Program-made: the position numbers and the translations under genes
Origin: Vicugna vicugna
Taxonomy: Eukaryota
Assembly: GCA_013265495.1 (NCBI GenBank)
Contig: MU057809.1
Location: forward strand, 2,059,041-2,093,490
Length of the DNA stretch: 34,450 nucleotides
Direction: 5' to 3'
Part shown: positions 11,623 to 21,243 of the stretch, one piece after another
How the letters are laid out: each line of letters begins with the position of its first letter
How positions within the stretch are numbered: the first letter of the stretch is position 1
The notes under the pieces: model-generated
The model's database searches: none
What the model was told of the DNA's origin: nothing
The model's input: the letters and a program-made list of their open reading frames with translations, nothing else

Positions 11623-11685
11623 CCTGAGTGTATGTTCTCAGGTCAAACCTAGACGCTGTGTGTTTTGTCTTTTTTGTGTGTGACA

Positions 11686-11748
11686 GATTCATTAATTCTG
11701 CATGCATTTATTGAATATTGACTAAAGGCAGGCTGTATTTTAGGTGTC
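11686..11748 (-). mobile_element. L2 3' tail fragment
   Basis: ATTCATTAATTCTGCATGCATTTATTGAATATTGACTAAAGGCAGGCTGTATTTTAGGTG. Confidence 0.65.
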
Positions 11749-12600
11749 ATTTTCTGCAGACTTGGCGTTCTGCAAATAGGTGTGTTGCAGGATTCCTAGC
11801 AGTTTTCTCTGACGAGTGGGTAGACTTGGCTTCACACTGAGGGCTCAGCTGTCCTTCTGAAGCAGACTCTGTTGGTCCTCGGGTTGATCTGGTCTGTGAA
11901 TTACCATTTCTGCTGTTAACTGATGCCTGAACCGGGGTTTCAGGTAACCACTGGGGCCAGCATGCTTGCTGCTGGGAGTACGTGGACCCGGGAAGCTTCC
12001 CAGTCTCCTTCCCACACCCTTGACCCTTGTCAGTGCTGGGTGCAGGGTCCTACCATTTGCAGAGCATGACCTCCATTCCCCTTCGTACCATCCCCTCCCC
12101 TCCTTACTATCCCCTCTGCACACACATTGCATGCAGCTAAAGCAGCTTCTAAAGTAGTTGGTGCAATGCTGTACGGCCTGGCTTCATGAAAATCTGAAGG
12201 AAAACATTTCATTTGAAGTTATGAAGCAAACCAGTGACTAAACCAAGCAAAGGGCTAAAGGGACACGTGATAAAAGATGAAAGAAAGTTGGAAAGTTTGC
12301 TGAGATGAGTAGTTAGAGTTCTAGGATTAAGAGGAGAAGCAGTTATAAGGCTCACAAATTAATAATGTGAAAGGCACTTTCTCTGAAATAATTCAGACGT
12401 TTCCATAAAGAAAACGTCTGAGTGTGAGCTGTCATGTTGGAGCTACTTGGTACCTCAGCATGCAGGGGCATTATTTTCTGAATTGCTGCTTTTAACCCCT
12501 TCCTAGTTGTTTGAAAGATCACTGCTTTGCACTCATGAGGAGCCCAAAGAATGTCTCCTTTGCTTCTCGGAGGACAGAGCCTTTCGTCTGGATTGACGTT

Positions 12601-12967
12601 TGTCTTGTTCGGCTCTGGCTGCCACCGCAACGTGCGACAGACTGGGAGGCTCAAACAAGTGGAATTTATCTCTCACAGTTCTGGAGCCTGGAAACCCGAG
12701 ATCACGGTGTTGGCCAGTTCGGTTCCCAGGGACCGCTCTCTTCCTGGCTGCAGACGGCCGGCCACCTTCTCAAGCAAGAACGGAGAAGAAGCGCAGGCTC
12801 TCAGGAGTCTCTTGTAAGGACACCTCGCACCATGGGAGCTCCCCGCTCCTGGCTAAATCTGACCCTGATCACCTCCCAGAGGCCTCACGCCGATTCCATC
12901 ACACTGTGGGTAGGGCTTCAGCATACGATTTGCTTTCAGAGGGGACAGAAACATTCAGTCCATGTCA
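12601..12967 (-). mobile_element. MLT1A-type (ERVL-MaLR) solo LTR
   Basis: TG...CA termini, with AATTTATCTCTCACAGTTCTGGAGCCTGGAA, GATCACCTCCCAGAGGCC and ACATTCAGTCCATGTCA hallmarks. Possible decayed 5-bp TSD ACGTT/ACATC. Confidence 0.92.
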
Positions 12968-15139
12968 ACATCTCATTTAATGTTTTTACTTGGGCTAAAA
13001 GAATACTATACATTTTCTGGAGGTAAAAAAACCCACCACATATAAATGGTGGTTTCAGCCGGCTTTTGATTTTTCAAGATCAAGAAAAATAGATTTAGCG
13101 ATAAACAATAAAATTCCATTAAGAAAGAGCTTCAAAGGGACCATCTTAGGAGAGGCAATAACTGTCTTTAGAGAAGGTTTGGGGGCTCGACTTATTAATA
13201 GCAGTCAACCCCATGAAGCTTTCTTTGTTCTTTAAAGTTGTGGGAGTGAATTAAAAACAAGCTTCCCAGTCTGTCAGGTGTCACTGAAACCCAAAACACA
13301 ATAGCATTTGTCTTGTTACAAACCAGGAGGCTGCAAATCTATTATTTATTTTTTAGTAAAAGTGCAGGCTCCAGAGTGAGGCCTGTGAATAGCCAAGAGA
13401 AACAGGAGATGCAGCCTTTCATCTCTGCTCTGTTCCTCCCCATGTGACCCCAGTCAGCGGCGATTCAGTGTGCCCGCTCCTCTTACGAATGTGTTTGTTT
13501 ACCTGGACTGTGTTCAAAGGTAAAGAGAAGAGGAAGGGAAAAATGAGGAAAGTCGCAAGCCCGACTTTACATTTCAGAGCGGAGTTAAAGCTGTCGTTAG
13601 AGAAGGCGGCTCATCGTCTCCAGCTCTGGACAGAGTTTTCCATCGAATCAGGTGTGCTTTGGGTCTCTCGTGGGCCATTATGAATCATGTAGAATGATAA
13701 TGCCGTGCTACCCAGACTTCTCTTTCATGTCCCTTGCCCCCAGGTAGGTCCCTTGGGGTCACCATTGTTTACAGAGCAGGCAGTGGCCTGCTCCAGGTGA
13801 AGGCGTCTGAGAGCACACCAGACACCCCAGTCTGACTCTGACCCAGCACAGGGCATCTGGAGCAGGTACGCTGCACACCGCCTGCTTCTTCCTCAGGGGA
13901 CTGAGCAGAGAAGCCCGGTGTGTGGCCGGGTGGCGGTGGTGACACTTGGAGATCCCTGGTCTTAGTACGGTGGTGTTTGAAGAAACTGATCCCGTGCGAG
14001 GGTGCCATGCCGTCAGCTCTCCAGCAGATGCCTTTTTTCCTTGAATGTTTTCGTTGCTCTGTGTGAACTGCCTTACCAGCTTCCTCCAGTGGAGGCGACA
14101 TCGCTCACCCCGTGTGAGTTACGCACGGTCCTGTATGTGGCTGTGTTGTGTCTGCAGGAAGCCCACGTGTACAAACTGAAAGTAGCGTTTCTTTATTGCC
14201 CCGGAAACTAGAGCGTCTATGTTTATTTCCAGATGCTTCCTTGGCTCAGGAGGAAGGTAGGTCCTTGAATTGTACCCAGAGTCCCTGCAAAGCCGGAGCC
14301 CGCTGCCGTTTGCTGGGGCTGCCTAAGCCTGCCTTTGAGGACCAGCACGTTAATTTCCCTGGTTGCTGCTGGGCGTCTGAGCAACGGGGGACAGGGAGTG
14401 CATCCGTTCACATTTCCACATGCGGGCAGGCTTCCCGACTTTCCCCGGTGCCTTGACAGCCGCCTCCTGACTTGAGTCCTGGTGTCCAGTCTGCCTCGCA
14501 GACACAGGGCCACACGTGCGTCCCCTGGAGCTGGAGGCGCTGGGCCCCTTAAGTCTGGGCTCCTCCCCCTGGAATCCCAGGCCTCCTGCACACCCATGGC
14601 CTAGCTTTACATTTCCCTTCCTTACACTCGTCTACACATCCTCCTCAAGTCCCAGGAACCCCACAGCCGGTCCTGTTATCTGAGCCGTCTTACACGCAAG
14701 GAAAAGCGGACAAGGGGAGACAGGTGCCCGGCCCCGGGTCCCCAGCCAGCGGGTCCTGGTGTCCGCTGGTCACCAGCTGAGGGACCTGGGCAGCGTGCAG
14801 CCCTGCTGGGGCCTGGGGGGGCCCCCGGGGCCCCTGTGTGCAGGAGCAGGACTCCTTCACGCTCCCCTGGCTCTGCCTCAGGTGACCCCTTCTGTGCAGT
14901 AGGCCCTCTTGGAGGATTCCCTCCCTCCGTGTGACCCCCGGAAGTCTTTCGTTTTCCTGCTGTTTACCCAAATCTGTCTGCGTCGAACCCTGTGCCAGAG
15001 CTTTCCATGTCTGCTCAGTGAAATTAAAGTGAAATGAACTGAGGTTTCCTTCCTGCAGCGGCCCTGTGAGGACAGCAGTCTCTGTCACGAACGAGGAGAC
15101 TGGCCTGCATGAAGTTTTGTTTGGTCGCATTGCCCCTCG

Positions 15140-15245
15140 GCCTTGTCCTAAGCTGCTTGAGGGCAGAGACTGGGATTTCCTCCCTTTCTGTGTGCCCAGG
15201 CGACGCAGAGGCCTGCGGCGGACGCCTTGGCTGGTTCTGCCTGGA
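15140..15245 (+). mobile_element. L2 3' tail fragment
   Basis: TAAGCTGCTTGAGGGCAGAGACTGGGATTTCCTCCCTTTCTGTGTGCCCAG. Confidence 0.6.
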
Positions 15246-16274
15246 GGAGCGCCGGAGCTGTTAGAGAAATGGGCAGAGGGAGGACGGGCCGAGGGCTGAG
15301 TGGGTCCCTCTGACGCGCCTCACGCTGGGGGTGGGGGTGGGGGCTCCTTGCTCTTCCTGTGCCTCCCTTTCCTAGATGCGTGTTAGAGCTTCCCCTTTGG
15401 CTATCAGTTTTCCCGAAAGGGGGGCTTTATGCAAGAGCCGTCGGGTCCAGCCTCCACACCGACTCTGTCGGCAAGGAGGCAGGGTCCCTTCGGTCTCCGG
15501 TGGGCCTTCAGGCTTCCCCAGCCCGGCCTCCCTCTCGTTGCTCCAGCTTCTCTCCCCAGTTAGCTCTGTGGCCTGTGTGTGGCAAGGACTTCATCATCAA
15601 GGAGCCGTGTGGTGCCGGAGAGAAGGACACACAGTGCGAGGGTTGCGGCAGACGATAAAGGACTCACGTAGGCCGTGGGTGTACACCCAGCGATTCCCAA
15701 GCCCGAGGGAACCCGCGTTCCCGGGGTCCCGCTGCTGTTACTCAGGCGAAAGGTGACAGTGGTGGTGGGGTCGTGGGGAAAAGGCATCTTGATAAAGAAA
15801 CAAATTGTAGGCTGTGGACAAATTGGTGTAAACATTCTCGCAGCCTTGGGTTGTTCCTTCCATTTAGGCCCTGGCTGCAGCCGTGGCCCGTGTATCAGCA
15901 CGACCTTGTTTACAGCTCTCAGCCTAATGAGGATTATCATTTATGCCTGAGAGTATGTAAATTTGGCAGTTCTTGCTCTAAAATAACAGTCTCCATCTTT
16001 CTGGGAGTAAACTGCTTTCTTAGTAAACAAATTTTCATTTTATTATGCTACCATTTTGAAACTTTCCTCTTCTTGTGCCAAATTGCTCTTAAAGGTGACT
16101 GATTCGTAAAGAATATTTTATTTACTTTGAAATCAGATTCTGTTTAAAACAGGTTTAAGACACGAGGAGAGCCGGCAATCCATTGCTGGAAACATGCGAG
16201 GAGCTGAAACGCTGGCGTCCACGTCCGTATTTATGTCTTCGGCAGGTTGTTTCTACCCCGTTCGTTGCACTTAC

Positions 16275-16620
16275 TTCCAATTCATTCACTGAGCTGCTAT
16301 TATGTGCGGACCCGTCACTTAGGGCCCTCCCTGGGACGCAGAAATGAATTTGCTGGCCTTTGAGCCTCTACAGTGTGAAAGGGAAATACTAAATAGGAGG
16401 TGGGGAGTCCTCAGTGCCCTCTGAGAGGTGTGGCCTGCAGAGGAGGGCACAGGCGAGAAGACCACGGCCACCTGCAAGGTCGGAGGGAGTGGCACAGAGG
16501 AGGTGGCCTCTGGGGCAGCAGGTCCGGGCAGCAGCAGGTCAACAGAGGAGCACGCGGGGCCTGTGGAGCCCTGGGAGTCAGTCTGGTTGGAGTGAAGGCT
16601 AGACGCCAGCGCTCTGTTAG
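16275..16620 (-). mobile_element. Diverged L2 3' region; the left duplication breakpoint falls inside it
   Basis: TTCATTCACTGAGCTGCTATTATGTGC...CTGGGACGCAGAAATGAAT...GCCTTTGAGCCTCTACAGTGT and GAGTCAGTCTGGTTGGAGTGAAGG are antisense-L2-like. Confidence 0.55.
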
Positions 16621-16759
16621 GAAGTAGGCTGGAACCCGGTCTGGGGTCAGAGACCAGCCGTTCTTCCCTGTCCCAGGAGGAACCAGGTGCCAGCGTGAAG
16701 TGGTTGATGATGGAGACGTTGCTGAAGTTTGCACAGCAAGGAAAGTACATTGCTGTGAA

Positions 16760-16955
16760 TAATTTTTTCAGAGTATGTTTTTATGAACCTAGTTTGGGGT
16801 GTTGGGAGAAGAAAAGCGTTCTGTGCTCGAAATTAGGTTTGGGAAATACATAGGTCTTCGTTGTAAGACTTCTTAGAGACTTTAGTATGCTCTGTGGCTT
16901 TCTGGACAGGGGATGTATTTTGCACCGTTTCAAACGTATGTGACGTAGAACCTGA
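16760..16955 (+). mobile_element. MER103C-like hAT-Charlie non-autonomous DNA transposon (copy 1)
   Basis: AAAAG(C/G)GTTCTGTG...AAATTAGGTTTGGGAAA...GACTTCTTAGAGACTTTAGTATGCT...GGGGATGTA...TGCACCGTTTCAAACGTATGTGAC..AGAACC follows the MER103C pattern. Confidence 0.75.
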
Positions 16956-17129
16956 GTGGGACACAGACGGGCTGGGACCCTTGGCCTCGCCTTCTGTCTC
17001 AGGTGCCGCCGGCCCAGTTTAACCCGCGGCCGCAGCCCCGCTGGCCCTTCCGCCAGACTCCACTTTGAGCCAGTCCCCGCTCCGCTTCTGGACCTGGGTG
17101 AAAGGCCCCGCGGCAGTGCTCCCTGGGGC

Positions 17130-17487
17130 GACTGAGGGGTGGGTGACGCAGCCTGGGCCTCCTGGGGCGCTTAGCTTCTCAGAGGCGACTCTCGACCATG
17201 GGGGTTGGGAGCAAGTGGGTCAGTTTTCCATCCTTTCTCCCTCCGCGGCTTGCTCCAAGGTATGTTTTCTTCTGAGAACTTCTCAGAGAAGTTGCACGTA
17301 CCTGGACACATCCACCAGGTGCGCTGATGTGTCTCTGAGTCTGTGCCGTCACCACCACCCTGATGACTCGGCATCTTTCCTTGCCTCAGGTCTCTCTGTC
17401 CTCTGCCCTGGCTCGCACTTCCCCAGAATGGCAGCATTTAATCCTTGCCTCAGGCTCTGCTTCCTGGAGGACCTGGGCAAAGGCACA
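17130..17487 (+). mobile_element. LTR16/LTR33-like ERVL LTR, 3' part (copy 1)
   Basis: Ends CACTTCCCCAGAATGGCAGCATTTAATCCTTGCCTCAGGCTCTGCTTCCTGGAGGACCTGGGCAAAGGCA, typical of LTR16-family 3' termini. The 5' boundary is uncertain. Confidence 0.65.
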
Positions 17488-18599
17488 ATCCCATGTTCAC
17501 TGAGATTTTGAGACCAGGGTTGCACTGGGCTCACTTTGAGAAACAGTCTGATGGTGCCGGGGTTGGGGCACCGAGTGCTGGGATGGCCAGCTTCCCAGTA
17601 GCCCAGACAGGAGGGAGAACAGGCCGAGAGGACGTGCCCAGCGGGCAGCTGAGGAGGTGACTCAGAACCGGGAGTAGCGGAGCCAGAGGTGAGGGCTGGG
17701 GGCGATCCTTCAGAGACGAGGGGTGAGAGGGTGGTGGTGTAGCCTGCATATGGTGGGGCAGCGGTTAAGCAGAAAAAAATAAGGAATAGGATGTCTTGGC
17801 ACGGAAAGGAAGAGGAGGAGGGCTCTTGAGAGAGAGGACTGGCCCCAGAAGCAGGAGCGGAGTGTGGAGCCACCGAGGCCACTTGAGGGAGTGGCTTGAG
17901 GCCCCTGTTGTTAAATACGTGGACTCCGGGGAGTGACAGGACTGCCGTGGCACCGTGGTGCTGCCTCAGATGGTGTTATGATGGGGAGGCTGGTGGGGGC
18001 GGGTGGCTAGAAGGTGCATCCAGCTTGAGGAAAGGGTAAGATGGACAAAACAGGGAAGAAAGAAAACTGAAAGCAAAACAGATTATAGCCACTCTTGCCT
18101 CTAAAGATGTGGTATAATGTTTGTTACCGGGGAAATAAGTCTGTTTTTCTCTTCTGCCTTCAGAGATTGGTGGCGGAGGGGTCAGAGGGAAGGCGGCCAT
18201 TCCAGCAGAGTGCCCGTTTCTTTGCTGCTGAAGGAAACAGAGTTTGAGGCTCTTTGTTCTCGAGGAAACAAGGAGGCAGCTTTGGATACGCAGATACGAG
18301 CGCAGAGCTGATTGGGTGGGACTGGTCTGGAAAAGGGGCCCCCAGAGTAGAACAGAGGCAGGTGTGCAGAGTCCTTAGGGAGGGCGAGGGCGGGGCCCTG
18401 GCTCTGTTGCCCTAACTGTCAGTGAAGTGTGTCACGCACGGAAACACTTTGGACCAATGTTTTGGGCAGAATGGAGCAGAGAGAGGAAGAATTTAAGTCG
18501 TACCAAAAAGAAGGGGGGCCCTAAGTTCTGCTGGGTCAGCATGGACTGCAGGACACAGGAGATCCAGCTGTGGGACAGTAGCTGTGAGCGGGAGCAAGT

Positions 18600-19272
18600 A
18601 TGCCTCGCTGATGCGACCTTGAGGACCTGTCTCTCGGGGATTAGCAGCAAAATTGAGGAGGGATTTGGACTTCCCACAGTACGTGGGCGAGGATGGCAGA
18701 GGCACTTGTATTGCGGTGTCCAAGGACAGAGTCACCTTTGCTGTCACCTGGATGTCACGGGGGATCTCCTCATGTTTGTACAGGCAAGGGGAAGGCACCC
18801 AGTGGAGGCAGAGAGGCTGCCACTTCTGCAGAGAGGTGGCATGTGCCGGAGAAGTTGTGAGAGAGTCAGTGTGATAAGGATTCCATAAGAGATTGTTTTT
18901 TTTTAAGCAATCGAGGGTCTGAATAGGGTTAGCTGGCGTTGTAGCGAAGCAGTCGGCGGAGCTGCCTAGTGTGGTAGGAGGACGAGGGAAGGACAGCAGG
19001 GCACAGCGTGCAGGTCCGGGCACTAGCGTGGTGGGCGTGGCTGGGCTTCTCCCGGGGGGTTCTTGGGCATGTGTGAGGTTGTGTTGTGGGCCCAGACACA
19101 ACTAAGTCCTGATGCAAACTCTGCTCCTGGACCTAGGAAAGAAGGGATGGTTGAGAATTTAGCAGTCACGCTGATGCCAGAGACCGAGAAGTGATGGAGT
19201 AGAGGAAGAAGGTGGCCAGGACTGAGGGTCAGAGGTGGGTTAGAGGGTTTGAGATTTTCAGCATCTGCTGCT
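18600..19272 (-). mobile_element. Diverged L2 ORF2-region remnant (copy 1; duplicate at 22356-23028)
   Basis: G/A-rich tract, e.g. CATGTTTGTACAGGCAAGGGGAAGGCACCCAGTGGAGGCAGAGAGGCTG and AGAAGGTGGCCAGGACTGAGGGTCAGAGGTGGG...GAGATTTTCAG, resembling antisense L2 interior. Extent uncertain. Confidence 0.5.
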
Positions 19273-19804
19273 TGTATTAGAGCTCTCCAGGGAAACAGAA
19301 CCGATGGGCTGTAACAGTGGGAGAGGGAGAGGCAGAGACAGAGAGACAGAGGCAGAGACCGAGACAGAAGAGGAGGAGGAGGAGAGAGATGTGAACATGG
19401 AGGCAGAGAAGTCCCACACTCTGCCATCTGCGGGCCGGAGTCCCAGGAGAGCCGGTGGTGTATCTTGAGAGTCTGCCAGCCTCCAGGCCTATGGTATAGA
19501 TTCCAGTCTGAGTCTTAAGGCCTGAGACCCAGGAGTGCAGAGGACAGAGGATCAGCATCCCAGCTCTGCAGTCAGGTGGGGCGGGGGGCGAATCCAACCC
19601 TCCTCTTCCTTTTTGTTCTGTTCAGGCTCTCCAGGGGCTGGATGACCTCCACCCACAGTGAGAAGGGCCGTCTTTACTCAGTCTACCGGTTCAATTGCTA
19701 ATCTCTTCCCCAAAGACCCTCACAGACACACCCAGAAACAGCGTTTAGCCAGCTGTCTGGGCATCCTTTGGCCCCATCAAGGTGACACATGAAATTAACC
19801 ATCA
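19273..19804 (-). mobile_element. MLT2B-type (ERVL) solo LTR (copy 1)
   Basis: Starts TGTATTAGAGCTCTCCAGGGAAACAGAACC, has an internal degenerate (GA)n/(GACA)n tract and GAGAAGTCCCACACTCTGCCATCTGC, and ends CCCTCACAGACACACCCAGAAA...TGACACATGAAATTAACCATCA. Confidence 0.93.
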
Positions 19805-19869
19805 GGCTCCTCCATGACCTTCCTTGAATGGTCACCTAGCTTTCCATGTCTGCACACCTGTTCTCCACA

Positions 19870-19988
19870 TCCCAGTTATGCATGAGCTCCTCCAGGGGTC
19901 CTGTCTTCTCCTCTGTGTTCTCTGTAGCTGACACAGTGCATTCCATGTACTAAATGTTCAATAAAAATGTGTTGGATGGTTCATTGAT
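19870..19988 (+). mobile_element. L2 3' tail (copy 1; duplicate at 23626-23744)
   Basis: TGAGCTCCTCCAGGGG...CTGTCTT...TCTGTGTTCTCTGTAGCTGACACAGTGC...ATGTACTAAATGTTCAATAAAAATGTGTTGGATG. Confidence 0.75.
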
Positions 19989-20142
19989 CCAATAAACTTA
20001 TGTCTATGCCAATATACAGTTGCTCTTGAAAAGCTGTGGGTAGATCAATTCTTGGTAAATTGAATCCTATTTCAGGTGTACCACGGATCTTCAGCGTTTT
20101 GAGGAACCCTAGGTCAGTCTTTTGGGAACCCAGAGTCCTGTA

Positions 20143-20208
20143 CTCTGTTATTCTCACTTTATAGATAAGGAAGCTGATTTGCAGAGAAATTAAGTGACTT
20201 GTTGCAAT
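20143..20208 (-). mobile_element. MIR core fragment (copy 1; duplicate at 23899-23964)
   Basis: TGTTATTCTCACTTTATAGATAAGGAAGCTGATTTGCAGAGAAATTAAGTGACTTG is the reverse MIR core. Confidence 0.8.
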
Positions 20209-20515
20209 CTGATTTGCTGGCCAAATATAAGGTTCCGTAAAGCTAAGTATACATATTATTTAGGTAGAGAGTGACTTGGTGAAAAGTCTAACTGGGGTTT
20301 ATAGCATTGGATTAATAACATCAACCCTGGGAGTCAGTCTGGTTGGAGTGAAGGCTAGACGCCAGCGCTCTGTTAGGAAGTAGGCTGGAACCCGGTCTGG
20401 GGTCAGAGACCAGCCGTTCTTCCCTGTCCCAGGAGGAACCAGGTGCCAGCGTGAAGTGGTTGATGATGGAGACGTTGCTGAAGTTTGCACAGCAAGGAAA
20501 GTACATTGCTGTGAA

Positions 20516-20711
20516 TAATTTTTTCAGAGTATGTTTTTATGAACCTAGTTTGGGGTGTTGGGAGAAGAAAAGGGTTCTGTGCTTGAAATTAGGTTTGGGA
20601 AATACATAGGTCTTCATTGTAAGACTTCTTAGAGACTTTAGTATGCTCTGTGGCTTTCTGGACAGGGGATGTATTTTGCACCGTTTCAAACGTATGTGAC
20701 GTAGAACCTGA
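20516..20711 (+). mobile_element. MER103C-like element (copy 2, within duplication)
   Basis: Duplicate of 16760-16955. Confidence 0.75.
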
Positions 20712-20885
20712 GTGGGACACAGACGGGCTGGGACCCTTGGCCTCGCCTTCTGTCTCAGGTGCCGCCGGCCCAGTTTAACCCGCGGCCGCAGCCCCGCTGG
20801 CCCTTCCGCCAGACTCCACTTTGAGCCAGTCCCCGCTCCGCTTCTGGACCTGGGTGAAAGGCCCCGCGGCAGTGCTCCCTGGGGC

Positions 20886-21243
20886 GACTGAGGGGTGGGT
20901 GACGCAGCCTGGGCCTCCTGGGGCGCTTAGCTTCTCAGAGGCGACTCTCGACCATGGGGGTTGGGAGCAAGTGGGTCAGTTTTCCATCCTTTCTCCCTCC
21001 GCGGCTTGCTCCAAGGTATGTTTTCTTCTGAGAACTTCTCAGAGAAGTTGCACGTACCTGGACACATCCACCAGGTGCGCTGATGTGTCTCTGAGTCTGT
21101 GCCGTCACCACCACCCTGATGACTCGGCATCTTTCCTTGCCTCAGGTCTCTCTGTCCTCTGCCCTGGCTCGCACTTCCCCAGAATGGCAGCATTTAATCC
21201 TTGCCTCAGGCTCTGCTTCCTGGAGGACCTGGGCAAAGGCACA
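20886..21243 (+). mobile_element. LTR16/LTR33-like ERVL LTR, 3' part (copy 2)
   Basis: Duplicate of 17130-17487. Confidence 0.65.

Larger units (their letters stand above)
16569..20323 (+). repeat. Tandem duplication, copy 1 (3755 bp)
   Basis: Starts CCCTGGGAGTCAGTCTGG and ends GGATTAATAACATCA. The sequence recurs at an offset of exactly +3756, and the ORFs lying wholly inside it are repeated in the ORF track at +3756 (e.g. 17065/20821, 18493/22249). Confidence 0.98.

Noticed and set aside
15327..15343. (GGGGGT)2GGGGG and similar G-runs as G-quadruplex elements
   Set aside because: Only three adjacent G-tracts, and such runs are expected in GC-rich mammalian DNA.
15974..15988. MEF2-like GCTCTAAAATAAC and CArG-like CCAAATATAAGG (20221)
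   Set aside because: Spacing is wrong for YTA(W)4TAR and CC(W)6GG respectively.
18493..19101. Longest ORF (202 aa, minus strand), present twice
   Set aside because: It lies in GC-rich, probably L2-derived sequence and has no recognisable domain. Its second copy merely reflects the tandem duplication, not conservation.
20076..20112. 37-nt candidate exon TTTCAG|...CCTAG|GTCAGT (duplicate at 23832-23868)
   Set aside because: Short pyrimidine tract, frame-shifting length, stops in two of three frames and no recognisable peptide.
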